DNA of 64,000 bases, taken from positions 8,618,001-8,682,000 of the forward strand of contig JBHGNT010000006.1 of the NCBI GenBank assembly GCA_043228905.1. Reading direction: 5' to 3'. This document shows, piece after piece, positions 46,895 to 60,900 of this stretch. The first letter of the stretch is position 1. The number at the start of each line of letters is the position of its first letter. The notes under the pieces were generated by a model. The model was not told the origin of the DNA, did not search any database, and saw nothing but the letters and a program-made list of their open reading frames with translations. The position numbers and the translations under genes were made by a program. The DNA is from Azolla caroliniana. Lineage: Eukaryota; Plantae; Polypodiophyta.

Positions 46895-49800
46895 AGCCAT
46901 TCTAGGCTTCGCCCCCTTACCCATTAACAATATGTTGGCTTGATCTGGTAGTGGCAATGACATAAACTGTCTCCAACATTCTATACTTTTTCCTGGACCT
47001 TCTGCAATGTATCCCCATGACAACCCTTTACTTGAACCAAGTAGTTGATTAGATTCATCCTTGATACATGGGTTCCATAGGATACGTTGGCTGAGCCAGG
47101 CAGGTTCGGAACTCGGTTGATTGCACTTGAGCCCTCGTATAATGTCACACCATGCTTTCCACATGGATGCACTGAATCTGTCCTCCAATTGGTGGGAGAA
47201 ACTAGGTTTGAGATCCATGTTTAGAATCCATCTCGTTTGGGGGGCCCAATTGACCCCTTTTTGTGGCCTAAAGTAAGCGACACGTAACCGCAGTAGCATT
47301 TTCCAACAGTCATTTCCTGGTTGTAGTCCTCGCACCACAAATTTGGCAAGGCTTTTGATTGTGAGAGGGGATCAATAAGACCCAATCCCCCTCTCGACTT
47401 AGGTGCTATGAGTATAGGCAATGCCACCTTGGCACAAGTTACATGATCTTCCTTACTAGACCAAATGTAGTTGCGTACCAGTTGTTGAATTTTATGTATA
47501 CTTTCCTTGGAGATTGTCCAACATGATAGACTGTACCATGTTGTTGCGAGTAGTACCTAGTTTGCCACTATGATGTGACTCGCTAGCGACAATTTTTTCG
47601 AAATTCAGTGTATCAACTTTTGTCGAATGGAATGGATAACGAGTGCAATCATAGTCTCCGACGGTATGTTGAAACCAATTTGGAAACCCAAATATTTGGT
47701 GCTTGCTCTTTGATTGATCCATTTGAAAGCGGGATGTGGGTGCCACGCAGGATGTGTTTCATGAGAAAGCCATATTGCACAGGATTTGTGCCAATTGATC
47801 ATGGCATTGGATCTCTTGCAAAATACGGCTAACCCACTTTCGAACTTTTGTAGGTTTTCCAAGTCCCCTTGCAGGTAGACCACCGTGTCATCTGCAAATT
47901 CTATATCCAGGATGCTTTGGGGAGAACGAGGCACGGGAGGACCACGTAGGTTGAGATGCTGTGAGTTGAGAAAGCAAGAGAGTGCTTTGGCGTATAATAG
48001 AAATAAGGATAGAGCTAGTGGGTATCCCTGTCGTATAGATCGAGATATTCGGAAAAAGGGCCCCCTTTCGTCTGCTAGTGAAACGCAACTGATGTCGTTC
48101 CTATATGCCTTTGATCCATGTCTCTTGAAAGCCGAGTTTCCCCATCACACTATTGAGAAAGTTCCAACATACCCTGTCATATGCTTTCTCAAAATCTAGT
48201 AGCACCACCGCTACCTTGTTGTTGGTACGCTTTGCAAGGGCTATTGCTTCCCAAAATGAGAAGAGGTTGTCTAGGATGCTCTGATTTCTAATGAAACCTG
48301 TTTGGGATGGATGAATGAGTTGAGGGAGAAGTAGTGTTAAAGGACGTGCCACGATTTTTGCGAGCAACTTATAGATAGTATTGAGAAGAGTTATGGGCCA
48401 CCACTTGCTAATGTCATTGGCACTCCCACCACTTTTAGGAATGAGATGTATCATCCCCTGTCCAAATTCCTCCGACATGTTTCCAAAGGTGATGATCTCC
48501 TCATATGCCTGGAGGAGGTCTTCTTTAATAGTGTCCCAAAGGCATGTGAAAAAGTGAGGGGTGAGGCCGTTGATTCTGGGGCAACTATCTGCATCCAAAT
48601 CAGAGAGGGCCTCCCATATCTCGATGATTGATAGGGGACGCATGAGCCATGTATTCATTTCCGTCATGACTTTCTCATGTATGCTTTGGAGGATAATATC
48701 TTCTCTTATGTCCTCCCTTATGGCCATAGTATCTTCGGTAAGTAGGCGCTTATAGTAACTTGTGGAAATATTCCTCATTTCGTCGTTATCCTCAGTGGTT
48801 GTTCCATCCTCTCGGTTGAGGCTGTGCGCCTCAGGCCTTTGGAGCGAAAGAATTCCTTCGTGGTTTTGTCCATTACTCGAATCCATCGCGCCATGATTCC
48901 ATGAAACTCCATGTCGTTTATTTCCTTTTCCGCCAGGATGAGTTCATGTTTGGCCATGGTAACTTGTCCTGCGATCCAACTACATGACGGGTATCTCTGT
49001 TGGAGTCATTGTAAGGCTATTAGTCCCCGTTTTGTCCCCTGTTACTTTTCCTGAGCATCCTTGCTGAATTGGTCTTGACAATCTCATGTAGGAGAGTTGA
49101 AGCTCTTGTTAATTTAGCTAGAAGTTTGTCAAATGTTGATGAGTCATTAATGAGTAATGACCATTGGTTGGAGACTTATTCCTTCACCTCTATAACTGTG
49201 TAAATAGTGTGCGGGATGCGAGCCTAGAATGGGCCCCATTTTCGGTGCAATTGAAAATGACCGACTACCAGGTAATCGTCAGAGAAGGTCGTGCTTGGAG
49301 TTATGCGACACCACCCTCCCTTCACTTCTAGAGCCTCGCCCACATAAATGCGGTCAATGCGAGATAGGGTGGGTCCACTATTCCGCCTGTCTGATTGGGA
49401 GAATAAGAGAGAGTCCCTTTTTTGTTGGAAGTTGTCAGAATGCCAAATATCTCGCAGGTTAAGGTGTACACATAACTTTTCCCATTGTATATGTTCCCTT
49501 CCTTGTAGAACTCTTGTTGTTGGAGCTATCGTGAATGGATTCGATCATATTAAAATCCCCTCCAATGCACCACTCTTCCACACCTGCTACTTGTAAGCGA
49601 ACACGTTCCCAGAATGTTGCCCTTTCTATTATGCTATTTGGAGCATAAACATTCATCATGAAATTCCAACGGTGCCCTTGGATGGCCAACGTGCAAAAAT
49701 GTGCCCTACCAGGTATAAGTGATTCCTGGTGTATTAAGCCTTGGGCTAGATGTTCCCGAATCAAAGTGCAAATACCACCATGATTTCCATCCTCCCCTAT

Positions 49801-52566
49801 TGTTGGCTCCCAAATTGTACGCCATGATCCTGGTAGAAGGTCTCCTACTTCCTTTGATTGCGTGCTATTGAGGTGGTGTTCTAGCAACATGATGATGTAA
49901 GCAAGACTCCCTACTAAATATTCCTCAAGATTCCTTCTCAATTTCCATCTATTTTGCTGGTCTAGTAGACTTCTGAGCCCTTGCCCGTTCCATGTTACAA
50001 TCTTCATACTCATGGAATGGGGTGGGAGATGTCAGGAACAGTACTAAGACAGAGAAGGAATTAGTACTAAACGAAGGATTAGTACTATGAGAGGTGTAGA
50101 ACTTCTTCGAGAGAAGGAAGAAGTGAGCGAGACGAAGAGAAAGAGAGAGATCGAGAGAGGGAGAGAGTGATGATAAGAAAGATATGTATTATGTGAAGAG
50201 AATATACAATGATGGCTAAAAGGCTTAAGACTGGCGTTGAACCAATTTGGTTCAACATAATGCCTAGTGCCCTCTTTTATAGTGTTTTCAGGAGTAATCC
50301 TGAAGCTTCTAGAATGTTCCAGAGAAATCTGGAATATACACTGTTGAGAGACAAGCTCAACATCGGTCGGATCGGCTGAAGAAGCCGAGGACCGGATCGG
50401 TTGGGACCAATCGGTTAGGCCGAATGCGTAAACCGGTACGTAGACCGGTGCGTAGGTAGGGTCGGATCGGTGCGTAAACCGGGAGGCCGTTAGGAAAGAT
50501 ATTCCGTGAGGAATATATTTGGAAGTTAGTGTAGGAGCTCTTAATGAGCATTGAAGTACTGTCAGTACTTCGGTCAGTCGTTCTAGGACTTGTATAAAAG
50601 TGTTCATTGAACACACATATGTATAGAGTGTGGTGAATAGAGATTGAGTACCCCTTTTTGAATATAGTTCTTGTTTTTCCTCTCTCTCTCTCTCACTCTC
50701 TCTGTCTCTCCTGCGTATACTGCGTAAGCTCAAGCTGTCCATTAAACTTGAGTTTTCTTCCTTCTGTTCGGTCGTCATACTTGCTTCCGCACGTTACTTT
50801 TTACATGGTATCAGAGTGCGAGGGTTGAGAACCTCTCTGCAGCAGACACAACTTGACGAAGAAGAACAAGAAGAACGATGGATAGAGGCATGGCGAGCTC
50901 GCTTCCAACAGAGAAGCTCGACAGAACCAACTATGTGTCTTGGTCCTACAAGATGCACCAGTACCTGCTCGGGCACGACTACTGGAGTTTGTGGTACTTC
51001 ATTGGGCCCGTCTCTCACGTCAGTTTGCATGCGTACGACATTATTTTTATTGGCTGTGTCAATCCATTCTTTTGCTGCCTGACGTACTTCATCCTGGATT
51101 GGCCACTGAGTAGTCTGCGCTTTACTCCGGGTAGTGACCGTTTGAACATCGGCCATGATACTGTTCACCGCGGATGCCTTGCCACGGTTGGTTGTTGGAC
51201 ATTGCGTGGCGTAGTGTCCTGGTTGGTTACATTTAAAACATGTAACGTTGGCCGAGCACCTGGTGTCCGCTCGGTCTGTGTGTGGAAGCTGTTGTTGATT
51301 CTCCGTCTCGTTTGGTGGTGGGTTGTTCCGAGGTGTGTTGGAGTTGCGCTGGTCATTTTGAGGAGCGTCCCGTCGGCGGTTGTCGTTAGGTCTTCTATTG
51401 TTGCGTGTGTTACGGTTTCCGTTTCGCCGATCAATGTGTGAGTTCCGTCGGTCATAACGGTCATCGCGATCGTCATCATATCGAGCATAATCGTCGTGCC
51501 TGTCATCGCGATAATGATCACGGCGGTCATCACGTCGGTAGTCGTCGTCTCGGCGCCGTCGCTCCGGGGATCGCGGTCGGTTGTTATCCTAGTCTCGGTA
51601 GACATATCGCTCGTCCTGCTGAGAGTATGTATTTCGTGGCTCGATCTGGCAGACCGGTGCCGCTGTTGTGCGGTTCAACATATTATATTTGCACTGCTTG
51701 ACAGTGTGAGCTTGAGACTGACAGATCAGACACTATGGTCGGTGGGGACATTCGAGGGCCAGGTGCCCTGATCTTGAACACGTCGTGCATTGGAGGGCTT
51801 AGTGAAAGCGATTTTCCTCTTGGGGAAGAGCATTTTGTAAGGATGTCATCGAGAAGGCCGCGCCGTGCTGGGTCTGATCGAGGGCGAGAACCCGCGCTAT
51901 GACTTGTTCGATAGTATGGTTGGCAAAATTTGTAAGTGCGAGAGTCGTTCGGAGAGGCTCTCGTAAACTGGATAGGAAAGTGTCCGGTATATGTTGTGCC
52001 GAGACATCATCGACCACTTCTTTGTAGAGATCCTGGAACCGGATCGTGAACTGCGCGACCGTTTCGTGCGGTTCCTGGCATATAGAGAAGAATTGCCGGA
52101 GTAGTTCCCGTTTAGGCACCTCGCGATGAAAAAGTTCAAGGAACTTTGTGCGCACGATTTGGAAAGTGGTGGCCTCTCTTATTTTGAGGCGAGAGTACCA
52201 TCGTGCGGCCGGTCCATCGAGGGAGAGTGTTAACTCGGCAATCTTTGAGGCATCAATCTTGGCTGGCGTGAGGCGGTGCGTTGAGTGGTTGGCCTGCCAC
52301 GTGGATATGAAGGCATGGATGTGTGACTCCGCGTTTGGTCCGTCGGTGTATCATGGGTATGGGTACGGCATGATGTCGTACTCTGGGTCTTTTGGTAGCA
52401 CCGGAAAAGGGTTTAGTTCCGGTTGATTGACCTCCGGAGGGCTCGACGGGGGTTTTGGTGGTGAATCAACTCGCGATCGAGTGTCTGGTGGCGAGGATTG
52501 CACTAGGGAAGCCTCCGATTGCACGGGAAAGGATTGGTCAGTGACCGCCGAGTCGGAAGTTCCTTC

Positions 52567-55500
52567 TGTTGTAGACAAGGCCGTCAATGCGGAAGATCAA
52601 GTAGCATTCGATTGCTGTTGAGTACCTGCGTATGACAGTTTCCAAGATCGTGCACACAGATAGAGAGAGAGAGAGAGAGAGGAGGCACAAAAGACTCTTT
52701 CTATTCCATAGAAACAATAATACAACCAACCTTACAAAAAGGTTACTAGGTCACTTTATATAGTGACAAACTTAGGGCAACTACCCTTTATGCTAATTAC
52801 ACAAATGGCCCAAACTAGAGCTATAGAAAGGGATAGTGTGAATACGTCCATTATACACTTGTATTCGACACTCCCCCGTAATGGGCGTATACATGGGTTA
52901 TCTAAGATTACAGGTATAAACCTAGGTTCTCGGACATATCAGTTTTTGTTCGAGTCGGAAGGGTCCGAAAGCAGAAGACCGGACTGGTCGGGTCGGAAGA
53001 GTTGAAGCCGATCATTAAGGAACTGATGTCGGTTGTCTGAAACCATCCTGCGCTGTGTCCGGTTCTAACCGGACTGGTTTGTCGTTACGCCCATCTGATG
53101 CCGAAGGGACCGAAAGCGGTCTGCCGAAAGACACTTGGTCATTCCATCTGCGACATTGTCGGTTGTGGATATTTTCTCTAGACCGATTTTCCCTGAAATG
53201 ACGTAGTCCCGAATGAAGTGATATCGAACGTCGATATGTTTGGAGGCGTTGTGGTGGACCGGATTTTTCGACAAGGCAACAGCACCTTGACTGTCGCTAT
53301 AGACAACTGGGGCTGAGTCATGATCGACTTGTCGAAACGTGTGCGCCAGCCGGCCGAGCCACAAAGCTTCTTTTGTAGCGTCGGACGCAGCTACATATTC
53401 TGCTTCGGTCGTTGAGGTCGCTGTGCACTCCTGAAGTTTCGACTTCCACGAAATTGCTCCATTGCCGAATTTGAAGCAGTATCCAGTTGTTGATTTCCGA
53501 CTGTCTATACAGCCGGCGAAGTCCGAGTCGGTGTAACCGACTACGCCTGAGGTTGAGTTCGGACCGAAAAGAATGCCGTGGTCTTTTGTGCCAGCCAGAT
53601 ATTTGAACACATGCTTGACTGCGTTCCAATGCGATCGGCCAGGATTGTGCATAAATCTGCTAACGACTCCTACGGCATGAGAAATATCAGGCCGTGTCGC
53701 GACCATCAGGTACATAAGGGAGCCGACTGCCGGTGCATACGATACCGACTTCATATCTTCCCCCTCCGGACCGGATGTCGGGCAGTCTCGCTGAGAGAGC
53801 CGAAGATTCATGGGGAGCGGGGTTGAAGCAGATTTGGCTGATTGCATGTTGAAGCGTTCCAAGACACGTCCGATATAGTCGGTCTGAGACAAAAAAAGAT
53901 GTCGTTTATCGCGATGCCGACTAATCTTCATGCCGAGTATGTGTCGTGCCGGACCGAGGTCCTTCATGGCAAACTTCAACCGCAATTGCCGAATGAGATC
54001 GGCAAGTTCGCCCGCGTGGCGTCTAGAAATTAGCATGTCGTCCACGTAAATGATGAGGAAGATGGGTGATCCATCTTGAGCTGTGTGGGTAAAAAGACAA
54101 TGGTCCTCATCGCTTTTTGAGAAGCCGATCGATTGGATGAAGTCGTCGAACTTCTTGTACCATTGTCGCGGTGCCTGTTTGAGGCCGTATAGACTCTTCC
54201 TGAGTCGGCAGACTAGATGTTCTTGGCCAGTTGCCACGAAGCCTTTTGGCTGCTCCATATAAATTTCCTCTTCAAGATCACCATGGAGGAAGGCTGTTTT
54301 GACATCTAGCTGAATCAGCTCCAGGTTGTCGGCTGCCACTACGCCGAGTAGAAAACGAAGGGTTGTCATTTTCACCACTGGTGAAAAAATCTCGTCGAAG
54401 TCGACGCCATATTCTTGTCGGAAGCCCTTCGCAACTAATCTGGCCTTGTACTTTGGGGTGGTCGAATCAGACGTCTCTTTTAGTCGATAAAGCCACTTGC
54501 AAGGAAGAGCACGTCGATTCTTAGGTAATTCGACCAGATCCCAAGTCTTGTTTGCCCGAATGGAGTGCATTTCCGACTCCATCGCCAGATGCCAGGTGGC
54601 TGAATCGACAGATGTCGATGCTTCTTCGTAAGACATCGGCTCGCCGCCATCGGTGAAGAAAATTCCAGGAGAATACCTCTCCAGAGGTTGTGACAGTCTC
54701 TCGGATCGTCGAGGTATGATTGGACTGGTCGTATCGGGTATCGAGGTCGGATGGTCCGAAAGCGAATTATTCTGCTGTGCCGAGTCAGAGTTGTCCGAGT
54801 CGGTAGTGTAAGGTTCAGCTACCCGTGAAGCTGACCGTGTGTTAAGAGCGGGGCCTTCTTGAAGGGTCGGCACATCGGAAAATGTTACCCTTCGGACTTC
54901 GATCGGTGTTTTGGCTGATGGATTCATAGCCGACTCGTTGAACACAACGTCCGAACTTCGAACGATTTGTCTGCGTTCGGGGTCCCAGAGTCGGTATCCC
55001 ATTTCGCCGTCTGATCCATATCCAAGGAAAATGCATTTCCTGGACCGAGGTGCAAGTTTTCGGCGATCATCTTTCGGAGTAAGAGCGTACGCCTCGCATC
55101 CGAAGATCCTCAGCTTGTCGTAATTCGGCTTACTGCCGATCCATAGTTCCTGAGGAATTTGAAGTCCTAGAGGTCTGCTTGGCGACATATTGATTATGTG
55201 TACTGCCGTGAGTAGAGCCTCTGCCCAGAAGCCATCCGACAGTCCGGAGTGTTGGAGCATGGAAACTATCCGTTCTTGGATTGTCCGATTCATGCGTTCT
55301 GCAATCCCGTTTTGCTCCGGACTGTGTGGTGCCGTAAATTCACGTCAGATGCCGCGTTGTCGGCAGATTTTGATGAATTCTTCTGATTTGAACTCTCCCC
55401 CATTGTTGGTCCGAAAGCATTTCAGTTTTCGGTCAGTTTGATTTTCTACCATAGCGAGCCAATCGGAGAAGATCGAGAAGACACGATCTTTGGTGCGAAT

Positions 55501-57940
55501 TGGATAAGCCCACACCTTTCGAGTCGAATCGTCAATAAAACTGACGAAGTAAGAGGCACCACCGAGAGACTGATGCGGCATTGGGCCACAGACGTCCGAG
55601 TGGACTAAATCGAGAGGTCTCGTTTCTCTTGGTGCTGATGTCGGGTGTGATGCGGCTGCTTGTTTGCCATACTGGCAATGTTCGCAGAATTGATGGTCCG
55701 AGAAGGAGAGTTTAGGGATGTATCCGGCTCTAGATAGGTGCGTGATGCCGGCCTTGCTGAGGTGTCCTAATCTTCTGTGCCATAGTGATGACACAGGAAT
55801 ATCCACCAAAAACAGGTTACCCTCTCTGAGCATAACATGTAACGGATACAGTGAGTGTATCTTGGGTCCTCTAGCAAGCAGGAGGTTCCCCTTGTGGAGT
55901 GTCCACCCTCCCGAAGAAAAACCGGCACGAATGCCGTCTTCATCTAGTTGTCCGACTGAGATCAATGGCCTTGAGAGCTCGGGTACATGTCGGACATTGT
56001 GAAGTACAAGTGTAGAGCCACCTGCAAGGTTGAGCTCTACTGTGCCGATTCCAATGATGTCACAGTGTTGCGAGTTGCCGACTCGAACTGAGTCGGAGTG
56101 ACGGATCGTATATTGCCGAAATTGGGATCGATGAGGAGTCACGTGAAATGACGCGCCCGAATCTAAGAGCCATGTGCTCGATTCTTCAGTCGTGAGCAGA
56201 ACTTCTGATCCGACTGGATTTTTGATTGATAGTATATTCGGGTCGTTTGGTAGCACATCAGCCGAGAAGCTGACGTAATTGATCTCCTCATGCCGGCCAC
56301 TCTTCTTGTCTGATTTCTGAGACTTGTCATTCTTGTTCTTGAGTGCGCGGCAGTCGGCTTTGATGTGTCCGGGTTTCTTGCAATAGTTGCAGATTCGATT
56401 ATCCCGTGACTGGCTCCGTCTTCGCTGATTGTTCGGCTGCCGTGAGGAATCTCTTCCTCGTATGTTCGATCGGTCTGTCGAACCTTGTACTACATAAGCG
56501 TCGTCTGTTGAGTCTTTGGCGAAAGACTTTCTCCGAGTTGCTTCGGTCAGGATTGCGCTCGTGACTTCGGAGTATTTAACAGCCGTGGTTGACGCGTTGC
56601 ACACGGTTGTGACGAAAGTTTCCCATGATGAGGGAAGGCTGCTCATGAGTATCATTGCTCTGAGTTCATCCTCGATTGCCGTCCCCTGAGATGAGATTTG
56701 GGAGCTTATGCTTTCGTACTCATTGAGATGTGCTTGAACCGAATCTGATTCTTTCATCCGCAAGTTGTAGAGGCGCCGGATCAGAAACATCTTCGTTGCA
56801 GCGACCTTCTTTTCGTAGGTGTCCGACAGTGTTTTCCACAGTTCGAATGCTGTCGTACACGATTGCACCGTAAAGTATACCGATTCCGATAGGTGCATCC
56901 GAATCGTGGCGCGGACGATTCTGTCTAGCTTCTGCCACTCAATTGGTTTGTATCCTTCTGGAGGTTCTTCATTTTCGATGGGATCGATTTGCCCCTTGAC
57001 TATGAGATAGTCCTGCATTTGCTCCTTCCAGAAGTTGAAGTTCGATCCATCGAACTTTCGTAGACTCATTTCTGACGAGCCGGATGTTGATGTCATGACT
57101 CTGCCCTAAGTCGGCTACGAACTTTGGTGAAGTGCAGCGGTTTGGCCCACTCAGTGTCGTTCTAGCCGAAGTTGGACACAAGTGATGTTGATTACGGAGA
57201 ATCGGGGATTAGGTTCGGATTGACTACCGACAACTGTCTTAGTCGAGTTGAACCTAGATTTAACGATCCGACAGTACTTCAAGCCGATTCGGTTTTGGTT
57301 GACTGCAACGGTGAGAGCAATGGAACCGACTGGTCCTTCCGATTATTGTCCAATCGAATGAAATGCGAACTGGGGTTGTCCTTGAAGTCGTCGTTGTGCA
57401 GGAAGCCCACCTCAAGCAGTTACGATCAAGGACGTAGAGTACAGCCGACTGGCTTACTCCGAGTGATGATCTAACGCAGCGAGATTCAAGCTTGTGTTTG
57501 CCCACTTTCTTCTCTGTTTCTTCGAATGACGCAGGACACCGAATGCTTTGCAGACTGGGATGAAGCGAAAGGCCGAATACTGTGCAGGCTGTGACGACGG
57601 CCGACAGCGGGTTGAGGAAGACAAGCTCTGATACCAAATGTTGTAGACAAGGCCGTCAATGCGGAAGATCAAGTAGCATTCGATTGCTGTTGAGTACCTG
57701 CGTATGACAGTTTCCAAGATCGTGCACACAGATAGAGAGAGAGAGAGAGAGGAGGCACAAAAGACTCTTTCTATTCCATAGAAACAATAATACAACCAAC
57801 CTTACAAAAAGGTTACTAGGTCACTTTATATAGTGACAAACTTAGGGCAACTACCCTTTATGCTAATTACACAAATGGCCCAAACTAGAGCTATAGAAAG
57901 GGATAGTGTGAATACGTCCATTATACACTTATATTCGACA
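52567..57940 (-). mobile_element. Young full-length Ty1/copia element
   Basis: LTRs 57639-57940 and 52567-52870 (1 SNP plus 2-bp microsatellite difference seen); TSD CCTTC; PBS TGGTATCAGAGC 57636-57625; PPT GGGGGAG. Confidence 0.97.
53065..57096 (-). pseudogene. Copia Gag-Pol with a single in-frame stop (TGA 55347-55345) in integrase
   Basis: ORFs 57096-55345 and 55293-53065 are in the same frame: RQRGI*REFTAPHSPEQNG. Confidence 0.9.
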
Positions 57941-60900
57941 CCTTCGACTGGCTCAGGGCGTCGAGCGGGTGGCCGAGACCTCGTGGTGCGAGAGGGCGCC
58001 GTAACGGCGGCTGGTGGTTACCTTCAATGAAGTTCGCTGTGCACTTACAGCTGTAACCGGGCGTGCCAAATTGTGTTACCCGTTTCTTTGGGTGAACACC
58101 TTCGATAGATCTGCGGCTATCGGTATTCAAGGGCGTGGTACGTGAAGGCTCGTAACAGAGGCGTCGCGAGAGAGACAGTGCTCAGAGAGAAAACACTAAC
58201 GAGATCTTGACAGGTGTGGGTGGCGCTCAAATCATAGGTATGAATCAAAGCACATACACATGGAGCAAACTGGGCACAATTCAGATATATTATTGCGACA
58301 GAAAAGATTACAAAACACGGCCTACGGCCAGTGACCTTACAAGATTATCTAGTTACGAGGGGCTCAGCTAGTGCTTCCGCCTATATTTTTCTTCTCTCTC
58401 CCGACTCTGAGGTACTGTCCTTGTTTAAATAACTTTTCCCCTAATACACAGCCGAGCCGTTGGTGGTCCGTGATACTCGGACTCGGCGTTTCCTAATTTC
58501 CTAATTTTACATTTCTGTCCTCTGGACAACATGGCAAGAAAGGCCACAGGGAAAGTGAGTGCTGGAAGAAGCGCGTTGATTCGGAGAGAACCGGTTCCGG
58601 AAACGGCTCCGGACATACTGACAAGGGAAATCGGTAGTGATCGCACTACGCTGAAGATTCCGGGAGAGCCGGAGAAGGGTCTGCCTTCGTGACAAGACAC
58701 GAAGCAAACTCAATGAAACAGACCACCCCGAGATCGGACGAGGTGTGGTACGTAGACTCCGGCGCGTCAAACCACATGATGAGCCATAAGGAGTGGTTCT
58801 TGTACCTTGAAAAACCGATACAACCTGGAGTAGTCGCAACTGGAGACGACACTCTGCATCCGATCGCGAATGTCGGAGAAGTCCCCCTTAGCCATGTCGG
58901 GCAGAAAGGGAAACTCATGAACGTGCTGCACGTCCCGATAATCACGATGAACTTGGTCTCGGTCGGATAGATCGTCGACCAAGGGATGGAGGTTCAGTTT
59001 ACACACCTCGGGTGCTTCATTGAGGAAGAAGGCCGTGTGATTGCGCAAGGGTGCAGAGACGGGAGGATGTTCATCCTCGATTCCACTAACGGCGACACCG
59101 CAATGTTCGCGAAGGGACAAAAATCCGAGTCGGACATCGACTTGTGGCACAAGCGGATAGGCCACGTCAACTATCAACGGCTTCAAGATATGCAATCGAA
59201 ACAGGTAGTGTTCAGATTGCCCAAATTTAGTGGCTGAAAGGCACAAATTTGTGAAGCCTACCAGCTCAGGAAGCAACACCGACTTCCTTTCCCCAACGAG
59301 CGAAACCGGAGTCGGAACAAGCTCGACCTTATACACTCCGATGTATGGGGGCTGACACAAAACGTTAGTCTTGGTGGGAGCCGATATTTTGTCTCCTTCA
59401 TCGACGACCACATGCGGCACACGTGGATCTACCTCATTGAGAGGAAGAGCGAAGTCTTCGATTGTTTCTGGGACCTCAAAGGGTTCATGGAAACGCAAAC
59501 GAGACGAAAGATCAAGTGCTTGCGGTCGGATGGCAGGAAAGAGTACTTTTCTGGCCAATTCAACGGTTATCTACAACAAATGGGAATTCGGCGCGAATTC
59601 AGTTGTAGATACACGCCGGAGCAGAACGACGTGGCCGAGAGGAAGAATTAGTCAGTTGTGGAAGCAGCACAAGCAATGTTGGAGGAGAAGAGCTTGCCCA
59701 AGTTCTACTGGGCCGAGGCGGTAAGGACCGCGGTATACATCCAGAAACGGATCGGAGACAAAGTGTCGGCGCACGAGCTATATTTCGGAACAAAGCCGAA
59801 CTTGCGACACTTGAGGGTGTTCGGTAGCATTGCGTATGTGCATGTACCGAAGGAGAAAAGCAGGAAGCTGGACGCAAAGGCCGAGAAATGCATCTTAGTC
59901 GGTTACTTGGACGAGCAGAAGGGTTATAAGTGCTATAACCCTCGCACCAAACTAGCGCGTGTTAGCCGCGACGTTGTGTTTGACGAGTCCGCGTCCTGGT
60001 ACCAGCCCCGACTCCGAACCCCGACTCCAATCCAAGCTCTGACGATGAGGTCAGCGAGGCCAGATGCCTCCGGATGAGCCCGAAATAGAGACCCATGAGG
60101 AGAGTCCGATTTCACTCCGTTTAAGTGGACCGATTGGACGACTGTGTCGGTACGACCAGTCCGATGAAGAGCCGACGAGTAGTGGAGACTCGGCCGTGCA
60201 TTCCCCGCGCAGGAAGCCGAGGAGACGGCCTATGCGCAAAGAGAAAGGGAAGAAGAAGGTGTCGGATTCTGGCTCGGATAGGAACGAGTCAGACCGACAC
60301 GAGTCAGACTCCAAGGGAACTGGTGACGGGTCTTTAAAGGTGAAGTCCGCGTCGACCAAGAAGGCCTCGACATCGGCTAATGTGAGATTACGCCGATCTA
60401 CCCACCAGAAGAATCCTGTTTTGCGGTTCGGATACAACGAGTACATGGCGCATCATTATGCATACATGACCCGTGTAGTGGAAGTGCGTGAGCCGGAGAG
60501 CTACGGAGAAGCGGCTAAAGACCTGAATTGGCGTGCCGCGATGGAGGAAGAGATGTACGCATTGACGGAGAACGAGACCTGGGACCTGGTTGACACACCA
60601 ACATGGGTAAAACCGATTGGGTGTAGGTGGGTGTACAAGGTCAAGTACAACACCGATGGCTCGGTCAACCGGTACAAGGCTCGGCTAGTGGCAAAGGGCT
60701 ACACGCAGAAACACGGCATCGACTACGATGAGACGTTTGCACCGGTCGTCATTTTCGCGACCGTCCGTGGTTTGCTCGCATTAGCTGCAGTGAAGGGGTG
60801 GCACTTACATCAGATGGATGTAAAGAATGTGTTCCTGCAAGGTGACCTTGAGGAACAGGTGTACATGGTACAACCCCCCGAATTTCACTCCGGAACGAAG

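Larger units (their letters stand above)
50991..58531 (-). mobile_element. Truncated Ty3/gypsy fragment (5' LTR about 58215-58531, leader and gag) of a different family
   Basis: Terminus TGTTGTCC at 58531; gag LSLDGPAARWY..KFLELF..QEPHETVAQFTIRFQDL; knuckle CFKCNQPGHYATQC at about 51200-51243; no pol or second LTR. Confidence 0.7.

Noticed and set aside
50044-50778. 244-aa minus-strand ORF
   Set aside because: Spans the junction of two unrelated LTRs; chance ORF
58195-58215. Self-priming PBS for the second gypsy fragment
   Set aside because: No TGG-type PBS seen, but complementarity to its LTR is too weak to claim
58767-59558. 263-aa antisense ORF
   Set aside because: Reverse-frame shadow of copia pol, common in such elements
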